The notes beneath the pieces were generated by a model. The model saw only the letters and a program-made list of their open reading frames with translations, was not told the origin of the DNA and searched no databases. Below, one piece after another: positions 17,156 to 25,511 of a DNA stretch of 64,000 bases. The DNA comes from an uncultured Desulfarculus sp. GTDB lineage: Bacteria; Desulfobacterota; Desulfarculia; Desulfarculales; Desulfarculaceae. The stretch spans positions 192,001 through 256,000 of the forward strand of contig CAXXUK010000001.1 in the NCBI GenBank assembly GCA_963665125.2, read 5' to 3'. The first letter of the stretch is position 1. Every line of letters begins with the position of its first letter. Both the position numbers and the translations under genes were made by a program.

Positions 17156-18832
17156 CTATCCGGTCAGCTTGGCCATCTCCTCATCGCGCAGTTTCTTTTT
17201 GAAAAGCTTGCCCGTGACGGTCATGGGCAGTTCGTCCCTGAACTCCAGCAGCTTGGGAACCGCGTAGGCGGCAAGGCGCTGGCGGCAATGTTCGGTGATC
17301 TCGCTGCCGAGCACCTGGCCCTGGGCCTGTTTATTGAGCACCACAAAGGCCTTGACCATTTCGCTGCCCGGTTTGTCTGGGTTGGGCAGGCCGATGGTCA
17401 CGGCCTGGGCCACGGCCGGATGCTCGTAAAGCACCTCGTCCACCGTGGTGGAGTAGACCTTGTTGCCCGAGACGTTGATCATGTCCTTGTTGCGGTCCAC
17501 CAGGAAGAAATAGCCGTCCTGGTCCATGCGGCAAAGGTCGCCGGTGGCCAGCCAGCCGTCATGCAGGCCCTGTCCGGCATCGGGCCAATAGCCCTTCATG
17601 ACCTGGGGGCCCTTGATATACATCTCGCCGACTTCGCCAAAGGGCATTTCCTCGCCGGTGTCCGGCGCCACCACCTTGACCTCGGTGTCGGCCACGGGTA
17701 CCCCGATGGAACCTGCCTTCTCAAAGGGCATGAAACCGGTGATCTTGGAAAAGGCCGACAGGTTGAAGTGGGTCACCGGGCTGGTCTCCGTCAGGCCATA
17801 GGCCTCGGTGATGGGCATGCCGGTCTTCTTGCGAAACTGGCGGGCGACTTCCGGCGGCAGGGGCGCGGCACCGGAGGCGAAAGATGTATTGCTGCGGCCC
17901 AGGTCCGTTTCCAGCAGGTTCATGTACTGGGTCGGCACCAAGGGAGCCAAAAACGGGCGGTTTTTCTTGAGGTTTTCGGCAATGGAAGCGGTGTCCCGGG
18001 GATCGGGGATCAACAGCATCTGCAGGCCCCAATAAACCGCCGTGCGCACTGCCCAGTGCCCATAGGAATGGAAAAGCGGAATGGCGATGAGCAGGGATGA
18101 CTTGCCGGCAATGCCGCTTTGCAACGGGGCCATGACCCAGGGCAGGCTCTGGATGGTGTTGGCCACCAGGTTGCGGTGGGTCAGCATCACGCCTTTGGGC
18201 ATGCCCGTGGCCCCGCCGGTGAACAGCAACACGGCCAGGTCGTCGGCCGGATTTATGTCCACCGGCCGTGGCCCCGCCTTGGCCTGCTCCAGCAAACTGG
18301 TAAGCCACATCACGCCGTTGGGGCCGCAGCCAGGCTGCTCCGGTGAAAAATCCTTGATGGACGTGGCTATTATGTTTTCCAGGGAGGTTTCCTTGCCGAC
18401 CTCGTGAACCAGATTCAAAGCCTTGTCCAGGCAGATCACCGTGCGTGCGCCGGACTCGCCGATCTCCCACACCAGATCGCGTTGAGCGTGCAACAGGCTG
18501 CAAGGCACGTGGGCCGCGCCGCATTTCTGGATGGCGAAATCAGCGATCACATACTGGGGAGACGTGGGCAGTATCGAGGCCACCCTGTCGCCTTTTTTTA
18601 CGCCGAGGCTTTGCAACGCGGTTGCCAGGCGGTCGATCAATCCGCCCAGGTCGGTCCAGGTGATCTTGCCGCCCAGATACGACATTGCCGGGCGTGAGCC
18701 GTACTTGCGTACGGTTTCATCGAGAAAATGGTACAGGGGGACATCGGGGTACGGCCCCATGGTATGGGCCACCTTGAAGGGCCCCAGCTTGTAGCTCTCC
18801 AGCCACGGTTTTTGGCCATAGTCGCTCATCAT
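17156..18832 (-). CDS. Long-chain fatty-acid--CoA ligase-like protein
   Basis: FTGGATGMPKGVMLTHRNL, YGLTETSPVTH, TGDL, VTGKL; ATGA overlap with aor. Confidence 0.9.
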   Translation of the reverse strand: MMSDYGQKPWLESYKLGPFKVAHTMGPYPDVPLYHFLDETVRKYGSRPAMSYLGGKITWTDLGGLIDRLATALQSLGVKKGDRVASILPTSPQYVIADFAIQKCGAAHVPCSLLHAQRDLVWEIGESGARTVICLDKALNLVHEVGKETSLENIIATSIKDFSPEQPGCGPNGVMWLTSLLEQAKAGPRPVDINPADDLAVLLFTGGATGMPKGVMLTHRNLVANTIQSLPWVMAPLQSGIAGKSSLLIAIPLFHSYGHWAVRTAVYWGLQMLLIPDPRDTASIAENLKKNRPFLAPLVPTQYMNLLETDLGRSNTSFASGAAPLPPEVARQFRKKTGMPITEAYGLTETSPVTHFNLSAFSKITGFMPFEKAGSIGVPVADTEVKVVAPDTGEEMPFGEVGEMYIKGPQVMKGYWPDAGQGLHDGWLATGDLCRMDQDGYFFLVDRNKDMINVSGNKVYSTTVDEVLYEHPAVAQAVTIGLPNPDKPGSEMVKAFVVLNKQAQGQVLGSEITEHCRQRLAAYAVPKLLEFRDELPMTVTGKLFKKKLRDEEMAKLTG

Positions 18833-20688
18833 CGCACCTCCGGCGGCAAATGCAGTTCACCTTCCATTTTCAGTTCAGCCAATTTGCCGGGCGTCGGAAT
18901 GCCGTTTTGGTCCCAGCCCCGGTATTCGTAATAGGCGTCCAACAGCGGCTCCAGGGACACGGTGAGACCGGCGGCCGGGCCGTCGGGCAGGGGCTCGTCC
19001 AGCAGGCGCCGGGGCAGGTTGTCGTCGGAGCGGGTTGCCCCTTCCCGGACGTTGAAGCAGCGGGCCAAATTGACCACCCTCTCGCCGACCTGGCGGAATT
19101 CATCGATATCAAAGTCATCCCAACCGGTGCAGGAGGCTATGATGGGCACGACATCCTCGGCCATCAGGGCCATGCCCATGAACTTGCAGGCTCCCACGGA
19201 GTCGAACACGGTAAGGGCGTCTTCCATGTCCTTAACGACCTTTGCCTCCCTGGGGTTCTCCACAAGGGGATCTTCGATGACACTTTCCTCGACAATCAAA
19301 AACGGCATATCCATGAACGTGGGCCCCTGGACATAGGCGGTGATGTGGTCGCCGCCGCGGTTGGCCGTGGCGAAACCCAGGCCGGTGATCTTGGTGGCCC
19401 GGCAATCGTAGGCGGGTAGTTCCATGCCCTTGACCTGCATGGCAAAGGTCTCGGAGCCCTGGCCGATTGCCTGGGCGGCCCTGCGGGACCCCTCGGCCAG
19501 CAGATCTCCCAATCCCCGGCGGACGGCGATGTCCTCTACCATCTGCAACATTCCGTCGGCGTCGCCGAACTCCAGCCGTTTGCCGTTGTTGGCCTGTTCA
19601 TCTATGTAACCGCGCTGAAAGCACTCCATGGCAAAGGCGATGGTGCTGCCGCAACTGACCGTATCGACACCCAGCTCATTGCAACGGATATGGGCCTTGG
19701 TTATGGCCTCCAGGCTGTCCACATCGCACATGGGGCCGAAGGCGCCGACGCTCTCGTATTCCGGCCCCTCGCCCTTGCAGGCGTATTTGCCCTTGACCTC
19801 CGTCAGGCGCCCGCAGGCTATGGGGCAGGAAAAGCAGGCCTTGCGGCCGGTGAGAATCTTTTCATTGATGGCCGGTCCGTTGATTTCCTCGGTGTAGCCG
19901 CAGGATCCGGACTGCCAATTGCGGGTCGGCAGCCCGCCCTTGACGTTGACCATGTCCATGACCATGGTGGTTCCATAAACCTCCAGGGTCATCTTCAACA
20001 GCGACTCGGCCACGAAATCCGAAGCCTGTTTCGCCGCCTCCTTGAAGGCCTCCTTTTGGGCCACCGGTATCTTGCGGCTGCCCTTGCAGATGATGGCCTT
20101 GAGGTTCTTGCTGCCCATCACCGCGCCCAGCCCGCAACGGCCAAGGGCCCGGTGCACGTCGTTCATGATCGCCGAGTAGCGCACCAGGTTCTCGCCGGCC
20201 GGGCCGATGCACGACACGTTGAACTTGGGATGGCGTTTTTTGAGGACCTTGGTGGTCTGGCCGACCTCCATGCCCCACAGGTCTTCGGCCTGCAACAAGG
20301 CCACCTCGTCATCCTCGATAAGCAGATAGACCGGCTGGCTGGCCATGCCCTCAATGATTACGCCGTCAAGGCCCGTCTTCTTGAGGTCCAGGCCAAACCG
20401 GCCTCCGGAGTTGGCCGAGCCCCACAACCCGGTCAAAGGCGATTTGGCCACGGCGCTGAAGCGGCCGGAACTGGGCGACAGGGTCCCGGTGAGGGGACCG
20501 GTCATGTAGATAAGCTTGTTGTGCGGCCCAAGGGGATCGGCCCCGACAGGCACCTCGTCCATGAGTATTTTGGTGGCCAGGCCATTGCCGCCCAGGTACA
20601 GGCGGGCCAAGTCCATGGGGGTGTCCTCACGCCGAGAGCTGCCGTCGCTGAGGTTGACCCTAAGGATTTTTCCCATGAATCCAGACAT
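18829..20688 (-). CDS. aor: Aldehyde:ferredoxin oxidoreductase family (tungstopterin) protein
   Basis: GKILRVNLS, KSPLTG, CIGPAGENLV, GLGAVMGSKNLKA, CFSCPIAC, EGPEYE, VKGMELPAYD, YYEYRGWD. Confidence 0.93.
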   Translation of the reverse strand: MSGFMGKILRVNLSDGSSRREDTPMDLARLYLGGNGLATKILMDEVPVGADPLGPHNKLIYMTGPLTGTLSPSSGRFSAVAKSPLTGLWGSANSGGRFGLDLKKTGLDGVIIEGMASQPVYLLIEDDEVALLQAEDLWGMEVGQTTKVLKKRHPKFNVSCIGPAGENLVRYSAIMNDVHRALGRCGLGAVMGSKNLKAIICKGSRKIPVAQKEAFKEAAKQASDFVAESLLKMTLEVYGTTMVMDMVNVKGGLPTRNWQSGSCGYTEEINGPAINEKILTGRKACFSCPIACGRLTEVKGKYACKGEGPEYESVGAFGPMCDVDSLEAITKAHIRCNELGVDTVSCGSTIAFAMECFQRGYIDEQANNGKRLEFGDADGMLQMVEDIAVRRGLGDLLAEGSRRAAQAIGQGSETFAMQVKGMELPAYDCRATKITGLGFATANRGGDHITAYVQGPTFMDMPFLIVEESVIEDPLVENPREAKVVKDMEDALTVFDSVGACKFMGMALMAEDVVPIIASCTGWDDFDIDEFRQVGERVVNLARCFNVREGATRSDDNLPRRLLDEPLPDGPAAGLTVSLEPLLDAYYEYRGWDQNGIPTPGKLAELKMEGELHLPPEVR

Positions 20689-20701
20689 CCGATTAATCCT
20701 T

Positions 20702-21076
20702 TCAACTGGTCTCGCGGCTGATCAGGGTCTTGGCCATTGTCAACAGCTTGAACAGGTTGCCGCCGGCTTTAACCTTGCCGGTCAAAACGGCCTTTATTGG
20801 TTTGGTCTGACCGCTGATGACTTGGGAAAGCCCCTCGAAATCGCCGCGAAGGGTTGCCGTCGGCCTTGGTTGGGCCCCGTTTTGGATGCTGACGCCCCGC
20901 TGGCCGTACACCAGCGTCACCGAAACATCGGATTCGCTTTCGGTAACCACCAATGAACCGCGCAGTTTGGCCGCGATCTTGCGGACGTCTTCCAGGGCAA
21001 GGTTCTGGTCCATCAGGGATTTGATGGTCCAACCCAAGCCGTTCAGGTCTTGGTCGAGTACGGCTACTTCAAACAA
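20702..21076 (-). CDS. SCP2 sterol/lipid-binding domain protein
   Basis: PTATLRGD...PIKAVLTGKVKAGGNL is the SCP2 C-terminal signature. Confidence 0.72.
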   Translation of the reverse strand: MFEVAVLDQDLNGLGWTIKSLMDQNLALEDVRKIAAKLRGSLVVTESESDVSVTLVYGQRGVSIQNGAQPRPTATLRGDFEGLSQVISGQTKPIKAVLTGKVKAGGNLFKLLTMAKTLISRETS

Positions 21077-21087
21077 AGCTCACCCCT

Positions 21088-22395
21088 TTACAGTTCGTGG
21101 AGATATCCCTTGCCCAAAATACTGACCCCGGCGCCCATGCTTTTGAGGAAGGTCGAGCGCAGGGCGTCGCTCATCAGTGCCTTCTTCACCGGGCTAAGCT
21201 TCAAGAAGCCGCCGACCAGGGGCCGCATGATCTTGTGGGTCAGGCTCTGTGGGTCGTCGAAAAGCTGATTTTGCAGGGTGTCCCGCTCGAGGCACTGCAG
21301 TATCACCCGCTGGAAAGTGGTCTCCGGGTGAATCACCCGCTTGGAGCGGTTGTCCAGCTTGAGTGCGCCCGAGGGGCATTTGAGCGAACATACGCCGCAG
21401 CCAAGGCAGATCGAGTGGTCCACTTTGGCCAACTTTTGCGGTTTGCCGTTGGCCTTCACCCCGGCGTCTTGAAGCTCTATGGCGTTGATGGGACAAGCGC
21501 TTACGCACTTGCCGCAGCCATTGCATGTTTCGCTGTCCACCTGGGCGATGAATGAAGACGTGACCAAGGCGTTGGGCAGGCCGTGCACATTGATGCCGTC
21601 CATTATGCCGCAGCAACATCCGCAGCAATGGCAAATGAACATGAGCCGCTTTTGCACGTTGTCGGCGCTGAAAACCAGGCCCAGGTCCCGGGATCTTTGC
21701 AGGATGTCGATCATCTCCGCCTTGTCTATCTCCCGGCCCAACCCGTTGCGGATTATGTAGTCAGCGCCGTGGCCCAAGGTGGTGCAGGTCTCCAGGGGCA
21801 CATCGCAGCGGCCTCCGGTGGAGTGCTCTTTTTTGTGGCGGCAGGAACAAAGGCCAACGGAGTATTTCGTGGCCTCGTCCACCAGATAGCCGACCTTTTC
21901 GTAATCCAGAATCTCCACATGATCGCCCAGGGCCTCCGGGTGGGGCACGGCCCTGGCAATGGAAGTCTGGGTGCCTTCGGCAAAGTTGCTGCGGTACGGA
22001 GAGCCCTCGTGCATGTATTCATGGAACAGATCAGCCCACTGTTTGACGTTCAGTTGGCCTCTGGTGCGCATCATGGTGAACTCGAATACGCCCACGAACA
22101 GGGGGCTGGGCATGTAGCGGTATTGGCCGTCCAGCCAGATGTCCATGACCAGGCCTTTTTCGCACATGCCCTTGAGCAGCGGCTCAAGCTCCTTGGCGCT
22201 GATTTTGGTGATGCGCACCACCCTGTCCAGGTTTGAAAACAGGTACGGCATCTTCACGAAAACGTCGGCTTCCGCCTCGCTGAACAGGTCCTTGAGAACG
22301 AGATGCATTGTTTGGTTGTAGGGCGATTTCACATGCAGGTTGTCTAGCTTGTTACCCAGCTCACCGTAAACGTCTTTTCCAACCATATGGCCCAT
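21088..22395 (-). CDS. Multi-[4Fe-4S] ferredoxin-domain protein
   Basis: CSCRH, CHCCGCCC, CNGCGKCVSACP, CLGCGVCSLKCP. Confidence 0.88.
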   Translation of the reverse strand: MGHMVGKDVYGELGNKLDNLHVKSPYNQTMHLVLKDLFSEAEADVFVKMPYLFSNLDRVVRITKISAKELEPLLKGMCEKGLVMDIWLDGQYRYMPSPLFVGVFEFTMMRTRGQLNVKQWADLFHEYMHEGSPYRSNFAEGTQTSIARAVPHPEALGDHVEILDYEKVGYLVDEATKYSVGLCSCRHKKEHSTGGRCDVPLETCTTLGHGADYIIRNGLGREIDKAEMIDILQRSRDLGLVFSADNVQKRLMFICHCCGCCCGIMDGINVHGLPNALVTSSFIAQVDSETCNGCGKCVSACPINAIELQDAGVKANGKPQKLAKVDHSICLGCGVCSLKCPSGALKLDNRSKRVIHPETTFQRVILQCLERDTLQNQLFDDPQSLTHKIMRPLVGGFLKLSPVKKALMSDALRSTFLKSMGAGVSILGKGYLHEL

Positions 22396-22424
22396 GGCAA
22401 CTCCCTTGGATCAAAAGGGCATGA

Positions 22425-22463
22425 CGATGCGGGCGGCGTCCGCAGGAGCCGCCGCCCGCATCG
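22425..22463. other. Perfect 14-bp intra-operon stem-loop
   Basis: CGATGCGGGCGGCG / CGCCGCCCGCATCG immediately after the SCP2 stop codon. Confidence 0.7.
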
Positions 22464-22465
22464 CC

Positions 22466-22888
22466 TTATTCGCCCAGGTACTCGTTTTCAAAGGAGCTGA
22501 TCGAGTTGGCCACGGCGCGGATGAACTTGGCGTTGCGCATGATCTTGGACATGTCGCCTTTGAGCTTGAGTTGGCCCTTCACCACTGCCTCGATGAAATC
22601 CAGCTCGCCCTTGACCACTGGCTTGAACACCCCGTAACCGCCCTCCACCAGAAAGCCGTAGTCGGCCTGGGACGGATCTGCGATGATCTCGGCGCCGGTG
22701 CACTTGCCGGCCTTTGCCTGCAGATACACGTATGTCTTTTGTTCCAGGCCGTCGCCGGGCTGGAGTTCGAAGACAAAGTTGCCGTTGAAATCAACGCCCC
22801 AGTTTTTACCGGCCTGCTCCACGGCGGTGTCTTCGTTGAGGGCGTTTTTCCAGAAGTCACACCATTCTTGCGAGGGATAAAGAGCCAC
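22466..22888 (-). CDS. SCP2 sterol/lipid-binding domain protein
   Basis: YPSQEW..W...LN N-terminus; GELDFIEAVVKGQLKLKGDMSKIMR. GTG start with GGAGG RBS. Confidence 0.85.
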   Translation of the reverse strand: MALYPSQEWCDFWKNALNEDTAVEQAGKNWGVDFNGNFVFELQPGDGLEQKTYVYLQAKAGKCTGAEIIADPSQADYGFLVEGGYGVFKPVVKGELDFIEAVVKGQLKLKGDMSKIMRNAKFIRAVANSISSFENEYLGE

Positions 22889-22934
22889 GGTTCACCTCCC
22901 ATTAGATTGTGGGTATATGTTTGACGTTTGTTTC

Positions 22935-23096
22935 CTAACTGGTTGGTGGAAAAGGTCGTCCTGACCTTTTTCACCGGTTACTTGGCAAAAGCGTGGTTTT
23001 GCCAAGTAACTCAATTTGCTTGTTTTTTCAAAACTGCGCAAACTGCCGGGCCCTCCTTGGCCCGCCTAGCAGGCTGTTTTTTCAACAGCCTGCTAA
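22935..23096. mobile_element. MITE-like multi-hairpin repeat, copy 2 (both ends present)
   Basis: Left end CTAACTGGTTGGTGGAAAA; right end TTTTTTCAACAGCCTGCTAA is its imperfect inverted repeat and contains the TAG stop of the acyl-CoA dehydrogenase. Confidence 0.72.
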
Positions 23097-24352
23097 AGCG
23101 TTTGGATATCAAACCAATAGCGGGCGTTCTCAATGGTTTTCAGGCCCTTGCCGCCCATCCACAGGCCAATGACCTTTTGGTCCCGCCAGTGTTTTTCCAG
23201 ATCGAATTCCCGGGAATAGCCATATGAGCCCATGAAATCCATGGCCCGGCTGCAGGTCCGCTCCACGGCGTTGCTGGCGTACAGGGCAAGGCCGCGGGTT
23301 TTCAGGGCCATTCTTTCGTCCCAGGGCTGAATACCGTAGATGTCGGGATTGTCCATTTGCCGGGCATAGGCCCACATCATTGCCGAGGTGGTTTCGATGT
23401 TCACGGCCACCTCGCACAGCATGTCCGCAACGATGCTGTGTTCTTTGAGAGGCTTGCCCGCGATGACCCTTTCGGTGGTCCACCTTTTGATGATCTCGTA
23501 GGTGGCCTTCATGATCCCCACGCACATACCCGCTGACGCCACGTTGCCCATGGAAATGGTGCATTTCCAGTAATTGAAATCCTCGCCCGCCGGGTGGGCC
23601 CGGTAGTGTTTGGGCACGCGCACGTTTTCGAACCAGATGTCGGTGTTCATGTCGGCGCTCATGCCGCATTTCTGGTACGGCCCGCCGACTGAAACGCCTT
23701 CGGCGTCGGCGGGCACGTAGATCAAGGCGAAATCCTTGGGATCGGTGGAGCCCTTGTTGGTGGTGCAGACAACGGCGAAAAGATCGGCCACCTTACCGGA
23801 GTTGGTGGGCCACAGCTTGTGCCCGTTGATCACCCATTCATCGCCGTCGAGCTTGGCCGTGGTGGCTATGGTCTTGCCCTTCATGCGGCCCATGTTCTCC
23901 ACATCCGCGCCGCTGGCCGGTTCGGTCATGGCGTGACAGCCCACATAAAGCTCTTCGCCGCAGAACTTCGGGCCGAACTCTTCACAAAGCTCCATGTTGC
24001 GGTGGGGCTTGAGAATTATCGGCATCATCCCCCAAATGGAGCACAGGGCCGCCGTGGCAAAGCCGGAGTCGATGCGGGACAGTTCCTCGGCCAGTACGCA
24101 GCAGAGGCTGGCCGGATCGGGCATTTCAGTGCCGCCGACTTCGTGGGGGAACAAGGCCGCGCTGATGCCGAGATCAACCAGGACCTCCTTGAGCAAAGGC
24201 TCAACAAGCTTGTGCTCTTGCCAGTCCTCATCAACCTGCTGGCGGATGGGCACATAGTTTTCATCGCCCCAGCGGCGCAGCACCTTGCCAACATCGGTGA
24301 TGAAATCGGAAACCCACTCAATGGGCCGAATGAAGTCGTCGATACCCGGCAT
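23093..24352 (-). CDS. Acyl-CoA dehydrogenase family protein
   Basis: EELSRIDSG, AMTEPASGAD, WVINGHKLWPTN, FENVRVP, GSYGYSREFDLEKHWRD. GGAGG RBS before ATG 24352. Confidence 0.93.
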   Translation of the reverse strand: MPGIDDFIRPIEWVSDFITDVGKVLRRWGDENYVPIRQQVDEDWQEHKLVEPLLKEVLVDLGISAALFPHEVGGTEMPDPASLCCVLAEELSRIDSGFATAALCSIWGMMPIILKPHRNMELCEEFGPKFCGEELYVGCHAMTEPASGADVENMGRMKGKTIATTAKLDGDEWVINGHKLWPTNSGKVADLFAVVCTTNKGSTDPKDFALIYVPADAEGVSVGGPYQKCGMSADMNTDIWFENVRVPKHYRAHPAGEDFNYWKCTISMGNVASAGMCVGIMKATYEIIKRWTTERVIAGKPLKEHSIVADMLCEVAVNIETTSAMMWAYARQMDNPDIYGIQPWDERMALKTRGLALYASNAVERTCSRAMDFMGSYGYSREFDLEKHWRDQKVIGLWMGGKGLKTIENARYWFDIQTL

Positions 24353-24786
24353 TCTAATTCCTCCCTGGCAACCAACAGGTTGTTGTGCTTGGCGGGGCTT
24401 GGGCCCCATCGACGCCGGTTTCTCTTCGGCGCCGGTTTCACATGATCACTATGAAAACAAAGTTCACCATTCCGGGTAAATCAGGTGAACCGTGTAGTTT
24501 TTTTCTTAAAAACCTGCAATTCATTGTTTGCATATGGTGTTTATGGGGACTGTTGCGGACGCGCCGAAGAAAAAGGAACAAATGGTTTATAATAAATAAT
24601 TTTCACATCTTGGCAGTAAGAGCCTTTTCCTTGAGCATAGTTCGCCATGGGTTGACTGGGTGTGCAGGGCTGCGAGATCAGATGAACTACATATTCTCAC
24701 TCATTGATTTACGGAATCGGCAAAAGCTATAGTAAACACTGTTCGGACATAGGCCAGAAAAAGTCGCGCACCTGAAGGAGCGACCC

Positions 24787-25443
24787 ATGGACGGCAAAAA
24801 AACAATCCTGATCGTTGAAGATCACACCATCGTCAGAGAGGGCCTGAAGGCGCTACTTGAGATGGACCCGGACCTGGAAGTTACGGGTGAGGCGGAAGAC
24901 GGTCACCAAGCGGTGAAATTGGCCATAAAGCTGGAGCCGGACCTGATCCTCATGGATTTGGCAATGCCGCGCATGCACGGCCTGCAGGCAGTGCGGGAGA
25001 TTAGTAAACGTTCCCAGCACAGCCGCATCCTGGTCCTGACCGTGCACAAGGACGAGGAATATATCCTGGCCAGTTTCAAGGCCGGAGCCCAGGGTTATGT
25101 GCTCAAGGACGCCACCCACGCCGAACTGAAGATGGCCATCAAGACCGTACTGTCCGGCAAGCGTTATGTCACCCCGGATATCTCGGATCTGATCATCGAC
25201 GGATTCGTGGAAGGACGCAGGCAGGAACTACCGTCATCGGCCTGGGAGAGCCTGACCCCTAGGGAGCAGGAGATTCTCAAACTGGTGGCGGAGGGCAACC
25301 GCAACCGGCAAATTGCCAATCTCTTGTGCATAAGCCCCAAGACGGTGGAGCGTCATCGCGCCAATTTGATGAAAAAACTCAATATCCACAACGCCACGGC
25401 CCTTACGGCCATGGCCATTGATAAGGGCCTGGTTTCCATCTGA
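24787..25443 (+). CDS. NarL/FixJ-family response regulator (REC + LuxR HTH)
   Basis: IVEDHTIVREGL, LMDLAMP, LTPREQEILKLVAEG, SPKTVERHRANLMKKL. Confidence 0.95.
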   Translation: MDGKKTILIVEDHTIVREGLKALLEMDPDLEVTGEAEDGHQAVKLAIKLEPDLILMDLAMPRMHGLQAVREISKRSQHSRILVLTVHKDEEYILASFKAGAQGYVLKDATHAELKMAIKTVLSGKRYVTPDISDLIIDGFVEGRRQELPSSAWESLTPREQEILKLVAEGNRNRQIANLLCISPKTVERHRANLMKKLNIHNATALTAMAIDKGLVSI

Positions 25444-25511
25444 CGATCTGTTGAAAAATCACCCAAGGCGGGCTGGGACGGCGTTTGCAACACCTGCATG
25501 AGCCTGTCTGC

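Noticed and set aside
18829..20688. AOR-family gene as BamB (class II benzoyl-CoA reductase)
   Set aside because: Motifs look like generic AOR and no bamC-I-like Hdr/Nuo genes are adjacent; a phylogeny would settle it.
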